From assembly GCA_030428125.1 (NCBI GenBank), contig JAUIBF010000002.1, positions 15,910-79,909 of the forward strand: DNA of 64,000 nucleotides. The letters run 5' to 3'. Of this stretch, positions 45,826 through 54,961 are shown piece after piece. Both the position numbers and the translations under genes were made by a program. Every line of letters starts with the position of its first letter. Position 1 is the stretch's first letter. Below the pieces are notes generated by a model, which was not told the origin of the DNA, did not search any database, and saw nothing but the letters and a program-made list of their open reading frames with translations. This stretch comes from a bacterium (lineage in GTDB: Bacteria; Patescibacteriota; Saccharimonadia; Saccharimonadales; SZUA-47).

Positions 45826-46650
45826 CTAAATATCCATCTCTCGTTCTAGTTGTGGTTGAGCTGCTTCGCCTTCGCCTTTGGTAACGACAGGTGCGTCCAT
45901 ATCCTTAAAAGTTCGAAGCTTCTGCCGGGTAGCTGTATCAGGATTGTATGCATCGTAGTAAAGTTCAATTAGTTCTTGAGTATCAAGCGGGACACTTTGT
46001 ACCCCACACTGTTGCAGACCTGCCATAACTGCCTGGATACGGTTTCGGAGCTCAGTCTTACCCCCTTCTAGAGCTTGCTCATTAATGACAACTCGCTCTT
46101 CTTTTTTACCAAGTATGTTGGTGAAAAAACCTTTGGTAGCCTGAACAGCCGCTTGAGCATCGGCTGACTTAAAGTAAGGAATAATTATATAGAATCTCTT
46201 ATCCATGATATTGGTTTGCATTGAGATGTTTGACATGAAGGTAATGTAATCTTCCATCAAAAGCGCAAGTAACATATTGTCGTGTTCGCTTCTTATGCGA
46301 TCCATTTTTTCAATATAAGGTCTCATATCGACCTTTGAGCTTCTGACAAAAATCTGAATCGGAAAGTACAGTGAATTTAAGAACCCTTGATAACTGAACT
46401 CTACCGCCTCACGTTCTTCACCACTCATTAAATCGAAGTTGATGCTCTGACAAGCAATTACAGCCCTAAAACTCCCATCATTCATAATGACTATTCCGTC
46501 TCTTACTTCAGCTATCTGGAGTGTGTTCTGAGTACTGTTTGGATTAGATGGAGGTGGAGGTGTTGGTTGTTGCTGTCCTGGCATAGCACCAACCTGAGTT
46601 GTCGCCTGCATTCCTGGATTTGTGTTTGGTGCTTGTTGATCTGGATTCAT
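45826..46650 (-). CDS. hypothetical protein resembling the extreme N-terminal domain of Gram-positive VirB4/TcpF-type ATPases
   Basis: 274 aa. After a Q/P-rich head, IAEVRDGIVIMNDGSFRAVIACQSINFDLMSGEEREAVEFSYQGFLNSLYFPIQIFVRSSKVDMRPYI follows a pattern I recall from memory at the start of monoderm VirB4 homologues (dgii-..-y-kvlev-pinf-L-s-eE-..-fLn-l-..-qi). It lies 18 nt upstream of virB4. Confidence 0.55.
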   Translation of the reverse strand: MNPDQQAPNTNPGMQATTQVGAMPGQQQPTPPPPSNPNSTQNTLQIAEVRDGIVIMNDGSFRAVIACQSINFDLMSGEEREAVEFSYQGFLNSLYFPIQIFVRSSKVDMRPYIEKMDRIRSEHDNMLLALLMEDYITFMSNISMQTNIMDKRFYIIIPYFKSADAQAAVQATKGFFTNILGKKEERVVINEQALEGGKTELRNRIQAVMAGLQQCGVQSVPLDTQELIELYYDAYNPDTATRQKLRTFKDMDAPVVTKGEGEAAQPQLEREMDI

Positions 46651-46671
46651 TAACTTTTCCCACCGGACTCA

Positions 46672-47805
46672 CTAGTGCAATGAAATTACAACTTCATCAT
46701 CCGCTGGGTCATCGTCCTTTTTATGCCCTTGGCGCTGAATAGTCTCAACGTCTAAGTCGTTGTTGTATACGTACTTAAGCATATCAGGTTTCGTCTCTGT
46801 TGTCATTGATTGATTTTGGGTTGTTGGTTCAGGTTTTGGTAGTATCTCGGGCTCTTTCTTTTTCGAAAAAGGATCGACCTTACGAATGTGCGAAGTTTGT
46901 AACTTATCTCGACGTTGTTTTTCGTGGACTTTTTCCAATAAAGCAGACTCATCTAGGGGTTTATCGTCCGAGGAGGTGGTTTGACTACTTGAAATAGGCT
47001 GTGATTGACCAGGATGTATTACTGAACTAGCGCCGAATGTAGCCAAGCTTGGGTCTGACGGGGCTTGTTTTTGGTGCATAAACCAGAAGTCTTCTTGTTT
47101 ACCGTTGTCACCTTTGTGTTGAAGACGCTTCAATTTCTGATTGTTTGATTCTGGTTCTTCAGAGCCTTGCGAATCTTCTCTTGCGTTCTCGATAAGCTTA
47201 CGAGCTTCCGACTTATGCTTGGCTTCTGATTCCTGAATTTTGCTATCGAACTGTTTGGCTATAACTCCACTGTTCTCGTCCATAACATCATCTGGGTTGT
47301 CGGTGATAGTAACACTGGTTTGTTCAGTTACATTCCCACTAACAAGTCTGTCGCTGGGTTCTACGGTACTTCCACTATAGTTTTTCACAGCCCAACCTCG
47401 ACTATCCACCATTGTTGCCAGTGCACTCAGTCTGTTACGGACCTCGCCCTGTGACAGACCATCTGTAAAGTTGCGTGCAACTTGTTTGGGTACAGTAATT
47501 TCGACAAGATGCTTCATACCAGTTTGATCCCAAATACGTCTTCTAGGCTTAATCAGAAATCTGATGCGTGCTGCCAACCAAAGCTCAGTCGGTTGTTCTT
47601 TACTCCAGGGAAAAGTTAGGAAACCGAATACAATCATCGGCAAACCGAATATAGGGGTTAAAAAGGCTAGATTCTTGGTCAACAAGATGAAAACTAAATA
47701 GCCACAGACAGCAGTCAGGCCGCCGAATACGAATTGTTTGAAACTTAGTGGGCCTAAGAACTTGTCATCGGCCTCCACGTCTTGAGGAACTTTGTATGTT
47801 GCCAT
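46672..47805 (-). CDS. PrgI/VirB3-like T4SS membrane protein with long disordered C-terminal extension
   Basis: 377 aa. The N-terminus TYKVPQDVEADDKFLGPLSFKQFVFGGLTAVCGYLVFIL plus a second TM helix is the PrgI-family layout. The remaining about 250 aa are polar and low complexity. Confidence 0.68.
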   Translation of the reverse strand: MATYKVPQDVEADDKFLGPLSFKQFVFGGLTAVCGYLVFILLTKNLAFLTPIFGLPMIVFGFLTFPWSKEQPTELWLAARIRFLIKPRRRIWDQTGMKHLVEITVPKQVARNFTDGLSQGEVRNRLSALATMVDSRGWAVKNYSGSTVEPSDRLVSGNVTEQTSVTITDNPDDVMDENSGVIAKQFDSKIQESEAKHKSEARKLIENAREDSQGSEEPESNNQKLKRLQHKGDNGKQEDFWFMHQKQAPSDPSLATFGASSVIHPGQSQPISSSQTTSSDDKPLDESALLEKVHEKQRRDKLQTSHIRKVDPFSKKKEPEILPKPEPTTQNQSMTTETKPDMLKYVYNNDLDVETIQRQGHKKDDDPADDEVVISLH

Positions 47806-47856
47806 TTCATAAGCATTATAACACCTGTAAAAGCATTAAAAAATAGCTTCTGAAAA

Positions 47857-48681
47857 TTACCAACGTGCTTCTATAGCGGCATTTACAGCATCAAGCTTGG
47901 CTTTCTTTTTAGCGTGTCTATCCTGTTTTTTATGGTGTCTTTTTACATCTTTATGTAGTGGCTCAAGAAATTCTTCGTGGGCCTTCTCGTGTCTCTTAAC
48001 ACTACGGCTTTGTCTAAAGCTCAAATCCCTCTGTCTTACGGCGTGTGCTCTTGTACGTTCCAGTCCTTTTTCACGCCATTCCTTTTTAGCCTCAACAATC
48101 TTATCTCGGGTTTTTCTTTGTCTTCTAGTTGTTGGTCTTAAATCATCTGCTACATAAGGTCTTTTACCGGCTGCTGCTGTTTGCGCCTGCGTGTATTCAT
48201 CAACAGCACCATTGCTAGTGTCAGTCGCTATGTCTGCATGACTACTTGGAGCAGCTCTACTAATCGTATCAGTTAAATGCCATGTGGTTACGGCGTCTTT
48301 TTCTGCTTCTTCAGCTTTGACACGAGCTCTGTTGACGGTGTGAGTTAAGATGAAACTTCTTAAGTTTAGCAATCCTCTAGGCTGTCTTCCACTGTAAGCC
48401 TCAAAGTCAGTGGGTTCTCTGTGAATCATCTCTGCAAAGTTTGGTACGGTGTTGTCGGGGTCTGTAGGATCAACTGTAGTTAGCTCTACAATTCTGTTTA
48501 GGCCGGGTACCGACGGAATGTGTGCATCAACCTTTATTTCACGATGAATATCAGGAACAACTGTAGAGTTATTTACCCCAACTCTTGCCCCACCATTAAT
48601 AGGTGTAGTGTGATCAAGTGCCGCATCAATTCTAGCCGCTTGTTCAGGTGTGTGGTTGTAGGTTGGTGTACGACCTGGCAT
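47857..48681 (-). CDS. hypothetical protein, strongly basic C-terminus (T4SS-like operon)
   Basis: 274 aa with no TM or signal peptide. The C-terminal 100 aa are R/K/H-rich (RRQRKTRDKIVEAKKEWREK...HHKKQDRHAKKKAK). Confidence 0.5.
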   Translation of the reverse strand: MPGRTPTYNHTPEQAARIDAALDHTTPINGGARVGVNNSTVVPDIHREIKVDAHIPSVPGLNRIVELTTVDPTDPDNTVPNFAEMIHREPTDFEAYSGRQPRGLLNLRSFILTHTVNRARVKAEEAEKDAVTTWHLTDTISRAAPSSHADIATDTSNGAVDEYTQAQTAAAGKRPYVADDLRPTTRRQRKTRDKIVEAKKEWREKGLERTRAHAVRQRDLSFRQSRSVKRHEKAHEEFLEPLHKDVKRHHKKQDRHAKKKAKLDAVNAAIEARW

Positions 48682-48736
48682 AGTATCTATATACTAACAT
48701 AAAATTACAGAAAAAGCAATAGCATTATGTAAAAAT

Positions 48737-51700
48737 CTATGCGCCGCCGTCGCCTCCAGGCATTTGGCCACTTCTTCGCATTTCTTCCATCTGTTGCTGC
48801 GACATCGCGTTAGTTTTTCTGACGTAGGAGTCACTACCTTCGGAACGAGCAAATTCCATTTCACTCTGTACGGTTCTTGGCTCGTTAACATACGTAACGA
48901 CCTTTTCTGTTCTCATAGTCGGTCTTCCATCTGGGCCTACTTCAGGGTTGCCAGTTGCATCTACGACATACTGGTCAACAAGCTTCCTGCGCTTAAGTCT
49001 ATCAGTACGATTTCCATTCTCGTCCAACAAGACTTCCTCTAACTTTACTGCACCCTTAGTCTTTACTATTTCTTGTTCGGTTATAGTTTCATCGAATACG
49101 GCAACATTTTCCGGAGAGAAGTAAGCTACCTGTTGTTTTGCGTTATTAATCTCTGCTAATTTGTAATTTCTCCTGTCTGTAGCGACCTTAAGTTCGTTTT
49201 GAAGCTTAACGTTTGTTGGGTCGCTCTGTGCTGCAGCAAGCGCAACCTCGTACTGCTCATCGGCTTCATCGAACTGCATTTTGAGTGCTTGAGCATTATT
49301 TCTAACTGATGTCGCATGGCCTCCCCATATTTGTGCTGAGCTTTTGCCTTCGTAGCCTTTCTGTAGTAGGCGTTTCTTAACATCGTTCATTACCTGGATC
49401 TTTTCGTCTGGTGATGCCCCTATAATTTGACCCATGGCTGCTAAGCCCTCACCATAACTATAATTAGCCAAGTCTCCACGTCCTGCTTGCTCGGCCTTGC
49501 CTCTTGCGGCATTGTATACGTACGCTCCAAGCTGCATATCTCCTTCTACTGCCTCGCCTATTGATTCAAGCATTTCGTCTGGTCCACCTCTGAACGAAGT
49601 CTTCGACCCAGCTTGCGCAATAACTGCTTGTGCGTCGAACACCTCTTGACCGACTCTTCTGGCAGCTGCAACACTTCTTCTTGCGCCATCTCTGGCATCT
49701 TCTTCTGAATATTTCTGCATAGTTTTTCCGTTTTCATCATAAATAAGGTTACCTTGTTCGTCAGTTTTTTGAAGTCCAGCTAGGTATTCGTATGCTGCTT
49801 GTTCACTTCCCCTGGCGAGGCGTCCAGCTGCCCCAAAGTCATCGTTTGCTATAACTGCCTGAAGTGCAAAGTCATCATTAGCTTTCTTAATCTTTTCTAA
49901 TTTTATATCGGTCAGGCCCGAGTCTAGTCCAGCTTTGGACATTCCAAACCCGAATCCACCTTCTGTGATTGCTCTTTTTCTAGCACTGTGTTCAAGTGTT
50001 CTTCTGTTCATTGCCGTTGCAAATTTACCGGTGCCTTTATACCTCTCACCTAAACTTGCTTGTTCGCGCGCATGTTTGGAAAGTTCAGCGCGCTTTTTAC
50101 GACTTCTGTCGAATATACCCTTGCTTTTGTCATTTACCATTCCGGCTATATTCGCGAATACTCCACCTGCGTATTTAAATGCCGCTGGTATAAAGAAGTA
50201 TGGTCCTACAACTGCCACGAGCTTTATTATAGTTCCCACGACGGGGTCGGCGTTACCTGCATCACCAACTACCAAAGCAAAAACTCTACCGGTTGTAATC
50301 AAGGCCATGATAAGAGGAAACAATATTAAAAGCTTCCAAAAAGCTGTCCACCAGAACTTCCATGGTTTATCATTCCCCGGGAAAATCCACGCCAATATGG
50401 CGAGAGGACTAACAAGCATCAAGAAAATTATTGCCATTTCCCTGAAGGCTAATAAAGTAAAAATAATTAGTAATGATAAAGCCACTAAGCCTACAGTAAT
50501 GCCCAAAGTTATCCAAGTAACAGAACCTATTACTGAAGCCACTCCGGCGCCTACTGAAGTGCCAACTGCAGTTCCACGCGCTAAGAAGTAAGCAAGGATT
50601 ACACCAGCAGTTGCTACCGTACCGCCTGTTCCAGGGTCAAAAATGTCTCTCAGAGTCAGGTTAGACAGTCCACCCCACGGGGCTGCAATTATCCCCGCAA
50701 TTCCTTGACCTAACAGGTTTACTAACTCAATTAAAAACGTACAAATATAAAAAGAAAGAGCGATGAATATTATAGCTGCCAACATCCTAGGCAGTGCCCT
50801 TTTAACGGTGTAGGCGTCTAAGAACTGAAAGCCCAGGGCTGTACCTATGACCATAATAAGCATGGTCGGAATTAAGAGGATGAACGCCAAATCTCTAATA
50901 TTTGCCCATGCATCCTGAATTTTTGCATCATTGTAGTAAGCATTTTCTACCCTAAGCAAGCTGATTATTTTGTCGTCTAACCAGCCTAGAGCTTGATCGC
51001 CTGCCCACAACAAAGGACAAAGTACAAAGTTGAATGCAAATTCAGTACCTTCACAGCTTCTGTCAGGCCCTTCATTGACACCGGTGCCAACTGCTCCCTG
51101 ACCTGCTTGAATCGAACGATTATCAACATCACCAATAACTACTTGTCTTCTGGAAGTTTCCACACACTCATCAAGGCTATCAAGTTCGCTATCGCTTTGC
51201 TCTATAAGCTCGGCTGTAGTATCTCCAGTTACTTCAACCACTGTTTCTTTACAATCATCACTACTATCAGGTAAAAAATCGTTTCTGCCTTGTTGTTGAA
51301 TATAAACCTCGTTGGTAACTACGTGCTGCAATGTACCTGCATCAATCCACACCAATTCAATCCTTGAGTTACTAGTTGCGTTTAGGGTTAGGGAGTCATC
51401 AGTCTCATCACAATTACCAGTTCTTGGATCCTTGGTTTTTGTATGTAGTCTAGCGTTTCCTACTTTATTGGTATCTTCAACATCACTAGTATCAAAATCT
51501 TTTACTTCGCTTACACAGTCTCCTTGTACTCCATCCAATTTGTAGTTTAAGTCTCCATCATACGGATTTATGTCTATGTATAAGTCGTCACCAATCTGTA
51601 TGGTCGCAATATTAACCCAAGCACCAGTTGCAGCAAGAGTAATCTGCGGGAATATAATATTAAAGGCAGTAGTCAGTAGTAGCCCACCTGCCAACACTAT

Positions 51701-51811
51701 TAATAAAGGTTTTTTTATGTATCGAAACAGCATCATAACTTTTATGCTAACTATAACAGAATCATAGTAATTTTGCTCGCTGTTTATCTCTTTGCTAAAA
51801 CGTAGTATCAT
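48737..51811 (-). CDS. VirB6/TrbL/PrgH-like polytopic T4SS channel protein, giant form
   Basis: 1024 aa. Anchor sequence, an extracytoplasmic domain of about 250 aa, then at least six TM helices including REMAIIFLMLVSPLAILAWIFPG (TrbL/VirB6-like), then a soluble C-terminal region of about 450 aa. The likely true start is MMLFRYIKKP at about 51736, which leaves a 99-nt divergent promoter region. Confidence 0.7.
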   Translation of the reverse strand: MILRFSKEINSEQNYYDSVIVSIKVMMLFRYIKKPLLIVLAGGLLLTTAFNIIFPQITLAATGAWVNIATIQIGDDLYIDINPYDGDLNYKLDGVQGDCVSEVKDFDTSDVEDTNKVGNARLHTKTKDPRTGNCDETDDSLTLNATSNSRIELVWIDAGTLQHVVTNEVYIQQQGRNDFLPDSSDDCKETVVEVTGDTTAELIEQSDSELDSLDECVETSRRQVVIGDVDNRSIQAGQGAVGTGVNEGPDRSCEGTEFAFNFVLCPLLWAGDQALGWLDDKIISLLRVENAYYNDAKIQDAWANIRDLAFILLIPTMLIMVIGTALGFQFLDAYTVKRALPRMLAAIIFIALSFYICTFLIELVNLLGQGIAGIIAAPWGGLSNLTLRDIFDPGTGGTVATAGVILAYFLARGTAVGTSVGAGVASVIGSVTWITLGITVGLVALSLLIIFTLLAFREMAIIFLMLVSPLAILAWIFPGNDKPWKFWWTAFWKLLILFPLIMALITTGRVFALVVGDAGNADPVVGTIIKLVAVVGPYFFIPAAFKYAGGVFANIAGMVNDKSKGIFDRSRKKRAELSKHAREQASLGERYKGTGKFATAMNRRTLEHSARKRAITEGGFGFGMSKAGLDSGLTDIKLEKIKKANDDFALQAVIANDDFGAAGRLARGSEQAAYEYLAGLQKTDEQGNLIYDENGKTMQKYSEEDARDGARRSVAAARRVGQEVFDAQAVIAQAGSKTSFRGGPDEMLESIGEAVEGDMQLGAYVYNAARGKAEQAGRGDLANYSYGEGLAAMGQIIGASPDEKIQVMNDVKKRLLQKGYEGKSSAQIWGGHATSVRNNAQALKMQFDEADEQYEVALAAAQSDPTNVKLQNELKVATDRRNYKLAEINNAKQQVAYFSPENVAVFDETITEQEIVKTKGAVKLEEVLLDENGNRTDRLKRRKLVDQYVVDATGNPEVGPDGRPTMRTEKVVTYVNEPRTVQSEMEFARSEGSDSYVRKTNAMSQQQMEEMRRSGQMPGGDGGA

Positions 51812-51835
51812 GACTAGTGAAAAGCTCGCATTTTT

Positions 51836-52627
51836 ATGAAAATTCTAAAACACACACTTTTTGTTATAGTTGCCTCCTTGGGGGTCATACAACTGCACTT
51901 AGCACTAAGCACCGGCGTGGCGTCAGCAGATACAGATTCAGTGGTTTGTCAGCCAGGCTACGTTACGAACCCAACAGATCCAACCTCATGCGTTACTCCC
52001 GAACGTGCATGTGAAATTACTGATGGTGTTTGGGTTGAGATACCTTCGCCTCCTAATGAAAATCGAGGTTCGAGCTTTGCTTGTGATTGCCCTGGCAACA
52101 ACGTATTGCTGAATAGTGGGTGCGTCAGCCAAGCCGAGCGTGATTGTGTTAACTCTGATGGCGAATGGGTTGAGATACCTTCGCCTCCTAATGAAAATCG
52201 AGGTTCGAGCTTTGCTTGTGATTGCCCGGGAGATGAAGTGCTTGTAAATGGTAGGTGTGAAGTGCCAACTTCAGATAGTGGAAGCACAGGCACAACAGGT
52301 GGCCAGGCTGATACTGGTGGTAGGGCTAGTCTGGCATCAAATGATCCGACTGCGAATTGTGAACCACCTAATGGTGATCCCCTGGACTCAGAGAACTGCA
52401 GGATAATCGGGATAATTGTTGATGCTATAAATATCCTTTCTGGGTTAGCAGGACTGGCAATCGTTGCCTCTCTAGTTATTGCTGGTTATCAGTACATGAC
52501 AGCTAGAGATAATGCTGGACAGATACAAAAAGCAAAAACTCGTATAATCTGGGCCCTCAGTGCTCTGGCGTTATTCATATTTATGTACGCAATATTGAAC
52601 TTCTTGGTTCCTGGGGGTGTATTGTAA
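51836..52627 (+). CDS. VirB2/TrbC-like pilin-like protein (paralog 1 of 7) with Cys-rich tandem-repeat N-terminal extension
   Basis: Signal peptide ...STGVASA. Two 45-aa repeats (W VEIPSPPNENRGSSFACDCPG) in a region with 12 Cys. C-terminal two-helix module IIGIIVDAINILSGLAGLAIVASLVIAGYQYMTARDNAGQIQKAKTRIIWALSALALFIFMYAILNFL. Confidence 0.72.
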   Translation: MKILKHTLFVIVASLGVIQLHLALSTGVASADTDSVVCQPGYVTNPTDPTSCVTPERACEITDGVWVEIPSPPNENRGSSFACDCPGNNVLLNSGCVSQAERDCVNSDGEWVEIPSPPNENRGSSFACDCPGDEVLVNGRCEVPTSDSGSTGTTGGQADTGGRASLASNDPTANCEPPNGDPLDSENCRIIGIIVDAINILSGLAGLAIVASLVIAGYQYMTARDNAGQIQKAKTRIIWALSALALFIFMYAILNFLVPGGVL

Positions 52628-53106
52628 TGCTTAAAAAATTCGTCCACGTTTTAATTGTCTTTACGCTTTTAACTTTTGGCATCCAAATACTAACCAGTCA
52701 GAACGTGTCTGCTGCTGACGGAGGTGACGACTGTGGTAGTAGAACTTTTTTGGGCTTCCTGCCTGCGTGGGATAAGTATTTAGCCCATGAAGAAGTAAAC
52801 CACAGGTGTACTCCAGTCATAAACGGCGCCGAGGCTGCATTGCCTATCGGAATAGCAATTCTTGAAGCAGCTATCAGGTTAGGTGGATTAGTCGCAGTTG
52901 TAATGATTATCGTAGGATCGTTTAGATTTATAACCTCTCAAGGAAACCCCGAAAATGCCGCTGCTGCTAGAAAGACTATCATTAATTCCTTGGTTGGGTT
53001 GGTGATAGTAATAATATCAACCTCCGTTGTAAGTTTTTTGGGGACCACGCTATCTGAGTCTAGTGGCGATTCCAGCTATCTAAATTATAGTAAGGAAATA
53101 TCGTGA
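52627..53106 (+). CDS. VirB2/TrbC-like pilin-like protein (paralog 2 of 7)
   Basis: Signal peptide and a Cys pair. Module GIAILEAAIRLGGLVAVVMIIVGSFRFITSQGNPENAAAARKTIINSLVGLVIVIISTSVV. The start overlaps the previous stop. Confidence 0.75.
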   Translation: MLKKFVHVLIVFTLLTFGIQILTSQNVSAADGGDDCGSRTFLGFLPAWDKYLAHEEVNHRCTPVINGAEAALPIGIAILEAAIRLGGLVAVVMIIVGSFRFITSQGNPENAAAARKTIINSLVGLVIVIISTSVVSFLGTTLSESSGDSSYLNYSKEIS

Positions 53107-53393
53107 ATATATTAACTAGATTAGCTCAGATTAATATTGGCGAGGATGAATTAAGGATACCCACCACGGAACCGAACGAGTCCACTATTACCACAGTAAT
53201 GAGTTATGTGTTTGCAATTGCAGGGGGTGTGGCATTAATCGTGATTATAGTAGCCGGCATACAGTTCATGCTGAGTCGTGGCGATCCCCAAAAAGCAGCA
53301 GCTGCACGAGCCACAGTTATTTATGCAGCTATTGGTCTAGTAGTTGCTACCCTCGCGTTCAGTATAGTTAGATTTGTTGTAGGATCTCTATGA
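53103..53393 (+). CDS. VirB2/TrbC-like pilin-like protein (paralog 3 of 7, minimal)
   Basis: 96 aa with no obvious signal peptide or Cys pair. Module VMSYVFAIAGGVALIVIIVAGIQFMLSRGDPQKAAAARATVIYAAIGLVVATLAFSIV. 4-nt overlaps on both sides. Confidence 0.7.
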   Translation: MNILTRLAQINIGEDELRIPTTEPNESTITTVMSYVFAIAGGVALIVIIVAGIQFMLSRGDPQKAAAARATVIYAAIGLVVATLAFSIVRFVVGSL

Positions 53394-53800
53394 TAAATAT
53401 TAGAAATATACTACTCTCGATTATCACCCCCCTTATTTTTGTATTGGTATTGTTGCCGGCGTCCACAAGCGCATTCGATCCAATTGATGAGAGCTGTAAT
53501 AATATACCTGACACTTCTCAGAGATCTGAGTCTGAGGTGTGCAGTGAAGCAATGGATCCAGAAGACCCTATTACGGGTACAGATGGAGTTATACTTAAGA
53601 TTGCGGATGTTTTAGCGATTATCGCAGGTATTATAGCTGTAATAGTTATTATTATCGCAGGGATGACTATGATGACATCCAGTGGAGATGCCACTAAAAT
53701 TAAAAACAGTAGAAACGCAATTATTTACTCAATTGTTGGGGTAATTGTTGTTGTGTTAGCTAGAAGTATCGTAATATTCATAATTAATCAAACAGGATAA
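53390..53800 (+). CDS. VirB2/TrbC-like pilin-like protein (paralog 4 of 7)
   Basis: Signal peptide and a Cys pair (SCNN...EVC). Module ILKIADVLAIIAGIIAVIVIIIAGMTMMTSSGDATKIKNSRNAIIYSIVGVIVVVLARSIV. Confidence 0.75.
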   Translation: MINIRNILLSIITPLIFVLVLLPASTSAFDPIDESCNNIPDTSQRSESEVCSEAMDPEDPITGTDGVILKIADVLAIIAGIIAVIVIIIAGMTMMTSSGDATKIKNSRNAIIYSIVGVIVVVLARSIVIFIINQTG

Positions 53801-53804
53801 TTTC

Positions 53805-54320
53805 ATGGTCTTAACAAAAAAATTAAACATATTAATCACAGTAGCGTTAGCGCTAATTTCAATTATCAGCATAACAGTCGCTAATCCATCGTTAACTAGC
53901 GCAGCCTCTGCAAAAGATGCTGTATGTAAGTCACTGGGCGCGACAGATGAAGACACCACAAGTGGTGATTGTAGTGGAGGTGGGACTAAGATTAATGATG
54001 TACTTAAGATTGTGCTAAATATACTCTCGTTTGTCGCAGGTGTTATAGCAGTGATCATGATTATTATTTCAGGCATAAAGTTTATTACTTCACAGGGTGA
54101 CTCTGGTTCGATAGCGTCTGCCAGGACAACCGTTATCTATGCCATTGTGGGCGTGGTTATAGTTCTAGTGTCTCAAGTGATCGTTAGGTTAGTATTGACG
54201 GAGGCAGCCCAACTACAGGAACCAGGTTCCGGCTCCAGTACGTCCGCACCTAGTGGAGGTGGCAGTGAACCTACGTGCGTAGAACCAGGTCAAGTTGGTG
54301 GTGGAATTCCATGTGAATAA
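53805..54320 (+). CDS. VirB2/TrbC-like pilin-like protein (paralog 5 of 7)
   Basis: Signal peptide and a Cys pair. Module VLKIVLNILSFVAGVIAVIMIIISGIKFITSQGDSGSIASARTTVIYAIVGVVIVLVSQVIV. G/S-rich tail ending with two Cys. Confidence 0.75.
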   Translation: MVLTKKLNILITVALALISIISITVANPSLTSAASAKDAVCKSLGATDEDTTSGDCSGGGTKINDVLKIVLNILSFVAGVIAVIMIIISGIKFITSQGDSGSIASARTTVIYAIVGVVIVLVSQVIVRLVLTEAAQLQEPGSGSSTSAPSGGGSEPTCVEPGQVGGGIPCE

Positions 54321-54395
54321 TTGGGTTGCTTTGAGCTATTGTTCATAGACCTGAGCTATGGTATAAACATAAGTAGATAACTATAAGGAATAAAT

Positions 54396-54854
54396 ATGTC
54401 TAAACTAAAAAGAATAATTTTAACTATCGCAGCTAGCTTAGGCTTGCTAGCACCTGCAGCTATGCCAGCTACAGTATTTGCCGCAGACCCAGCAGATCCA
54501 GAAACTACAGCACCTAGTATCCAGGATGGTTTATGTCAGGGTGCAGAACTGATGGTCGGTGCCGATTGTACGGATGTAACCGAAGCAAATGCAGCTAAAG
54601 GCGTAAACGACATCATTACTACCGTCATCAACATCTTCTCTATCGTTGTCGGTGTCATTGCAGTCATTATGATTATTGTTGGTGGTCTTAAGTACATCAC
54701 ATCTGGTGGCGACTCTGGAAACATCACAGGAGCAAAGAATACCATTCTATACGCAATCGTAGGTCTTGTAGTAGTAGCCTTAGCACAAATTATCGTAAGG
54801 TTTGTTTTGACAGAGACTGGTGATTTGGGCGCTCCTGAAGATCCGGGGATTTAA
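54396..54854 (+). CDS. VirB2/TrbC-like pilin-like protein (paralog 6 of 7)
   Basis: Signal peptide MSKLKRIILTIAASLGLLAPAAMPATVFA and a Cys pair. Module IITTVINIFSIVVGVIAVIMIIVGGLKYITSGGDSGNITGAKNTILYAIVGLVVVALAQIIV. Confidence 0.78.
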   Translation: MSKLKRIILTIAASLGLLAPAAMPATVFAADPADPETTAPSIQDGLCQGAELMVGADCTDVTEANAAKGVNDIITTVINIFSIVVGVIAVIMIIVGGLKYITSGGDSGNITGAKNTILYAIVGLVVVALAQIIVRFVLTETGDLGAPEDPGI

Positions 54855-54885
54855 GCTATCCTAAACTCCTAGAAAGCAAAAAGTA

Positions 54886-54909
54886 GTAGGCGACCAGATG
54901 GTTGCCTAC
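54886..54909 (+). terminator. hairpin terminator between pilin paralogs 6 and 7
   Basis: gtaggcgacc-agat-ggttgcctac (10-bp stem including one G-U) followed by tcttaatttg. The T-run is weak. Confidence 0.4.
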
Positions 54910-54961
54910 TCTTAATTTGTGTGGTAAAAACGTAAGGTAGAGTAATAGAGAAGGTAATAGT

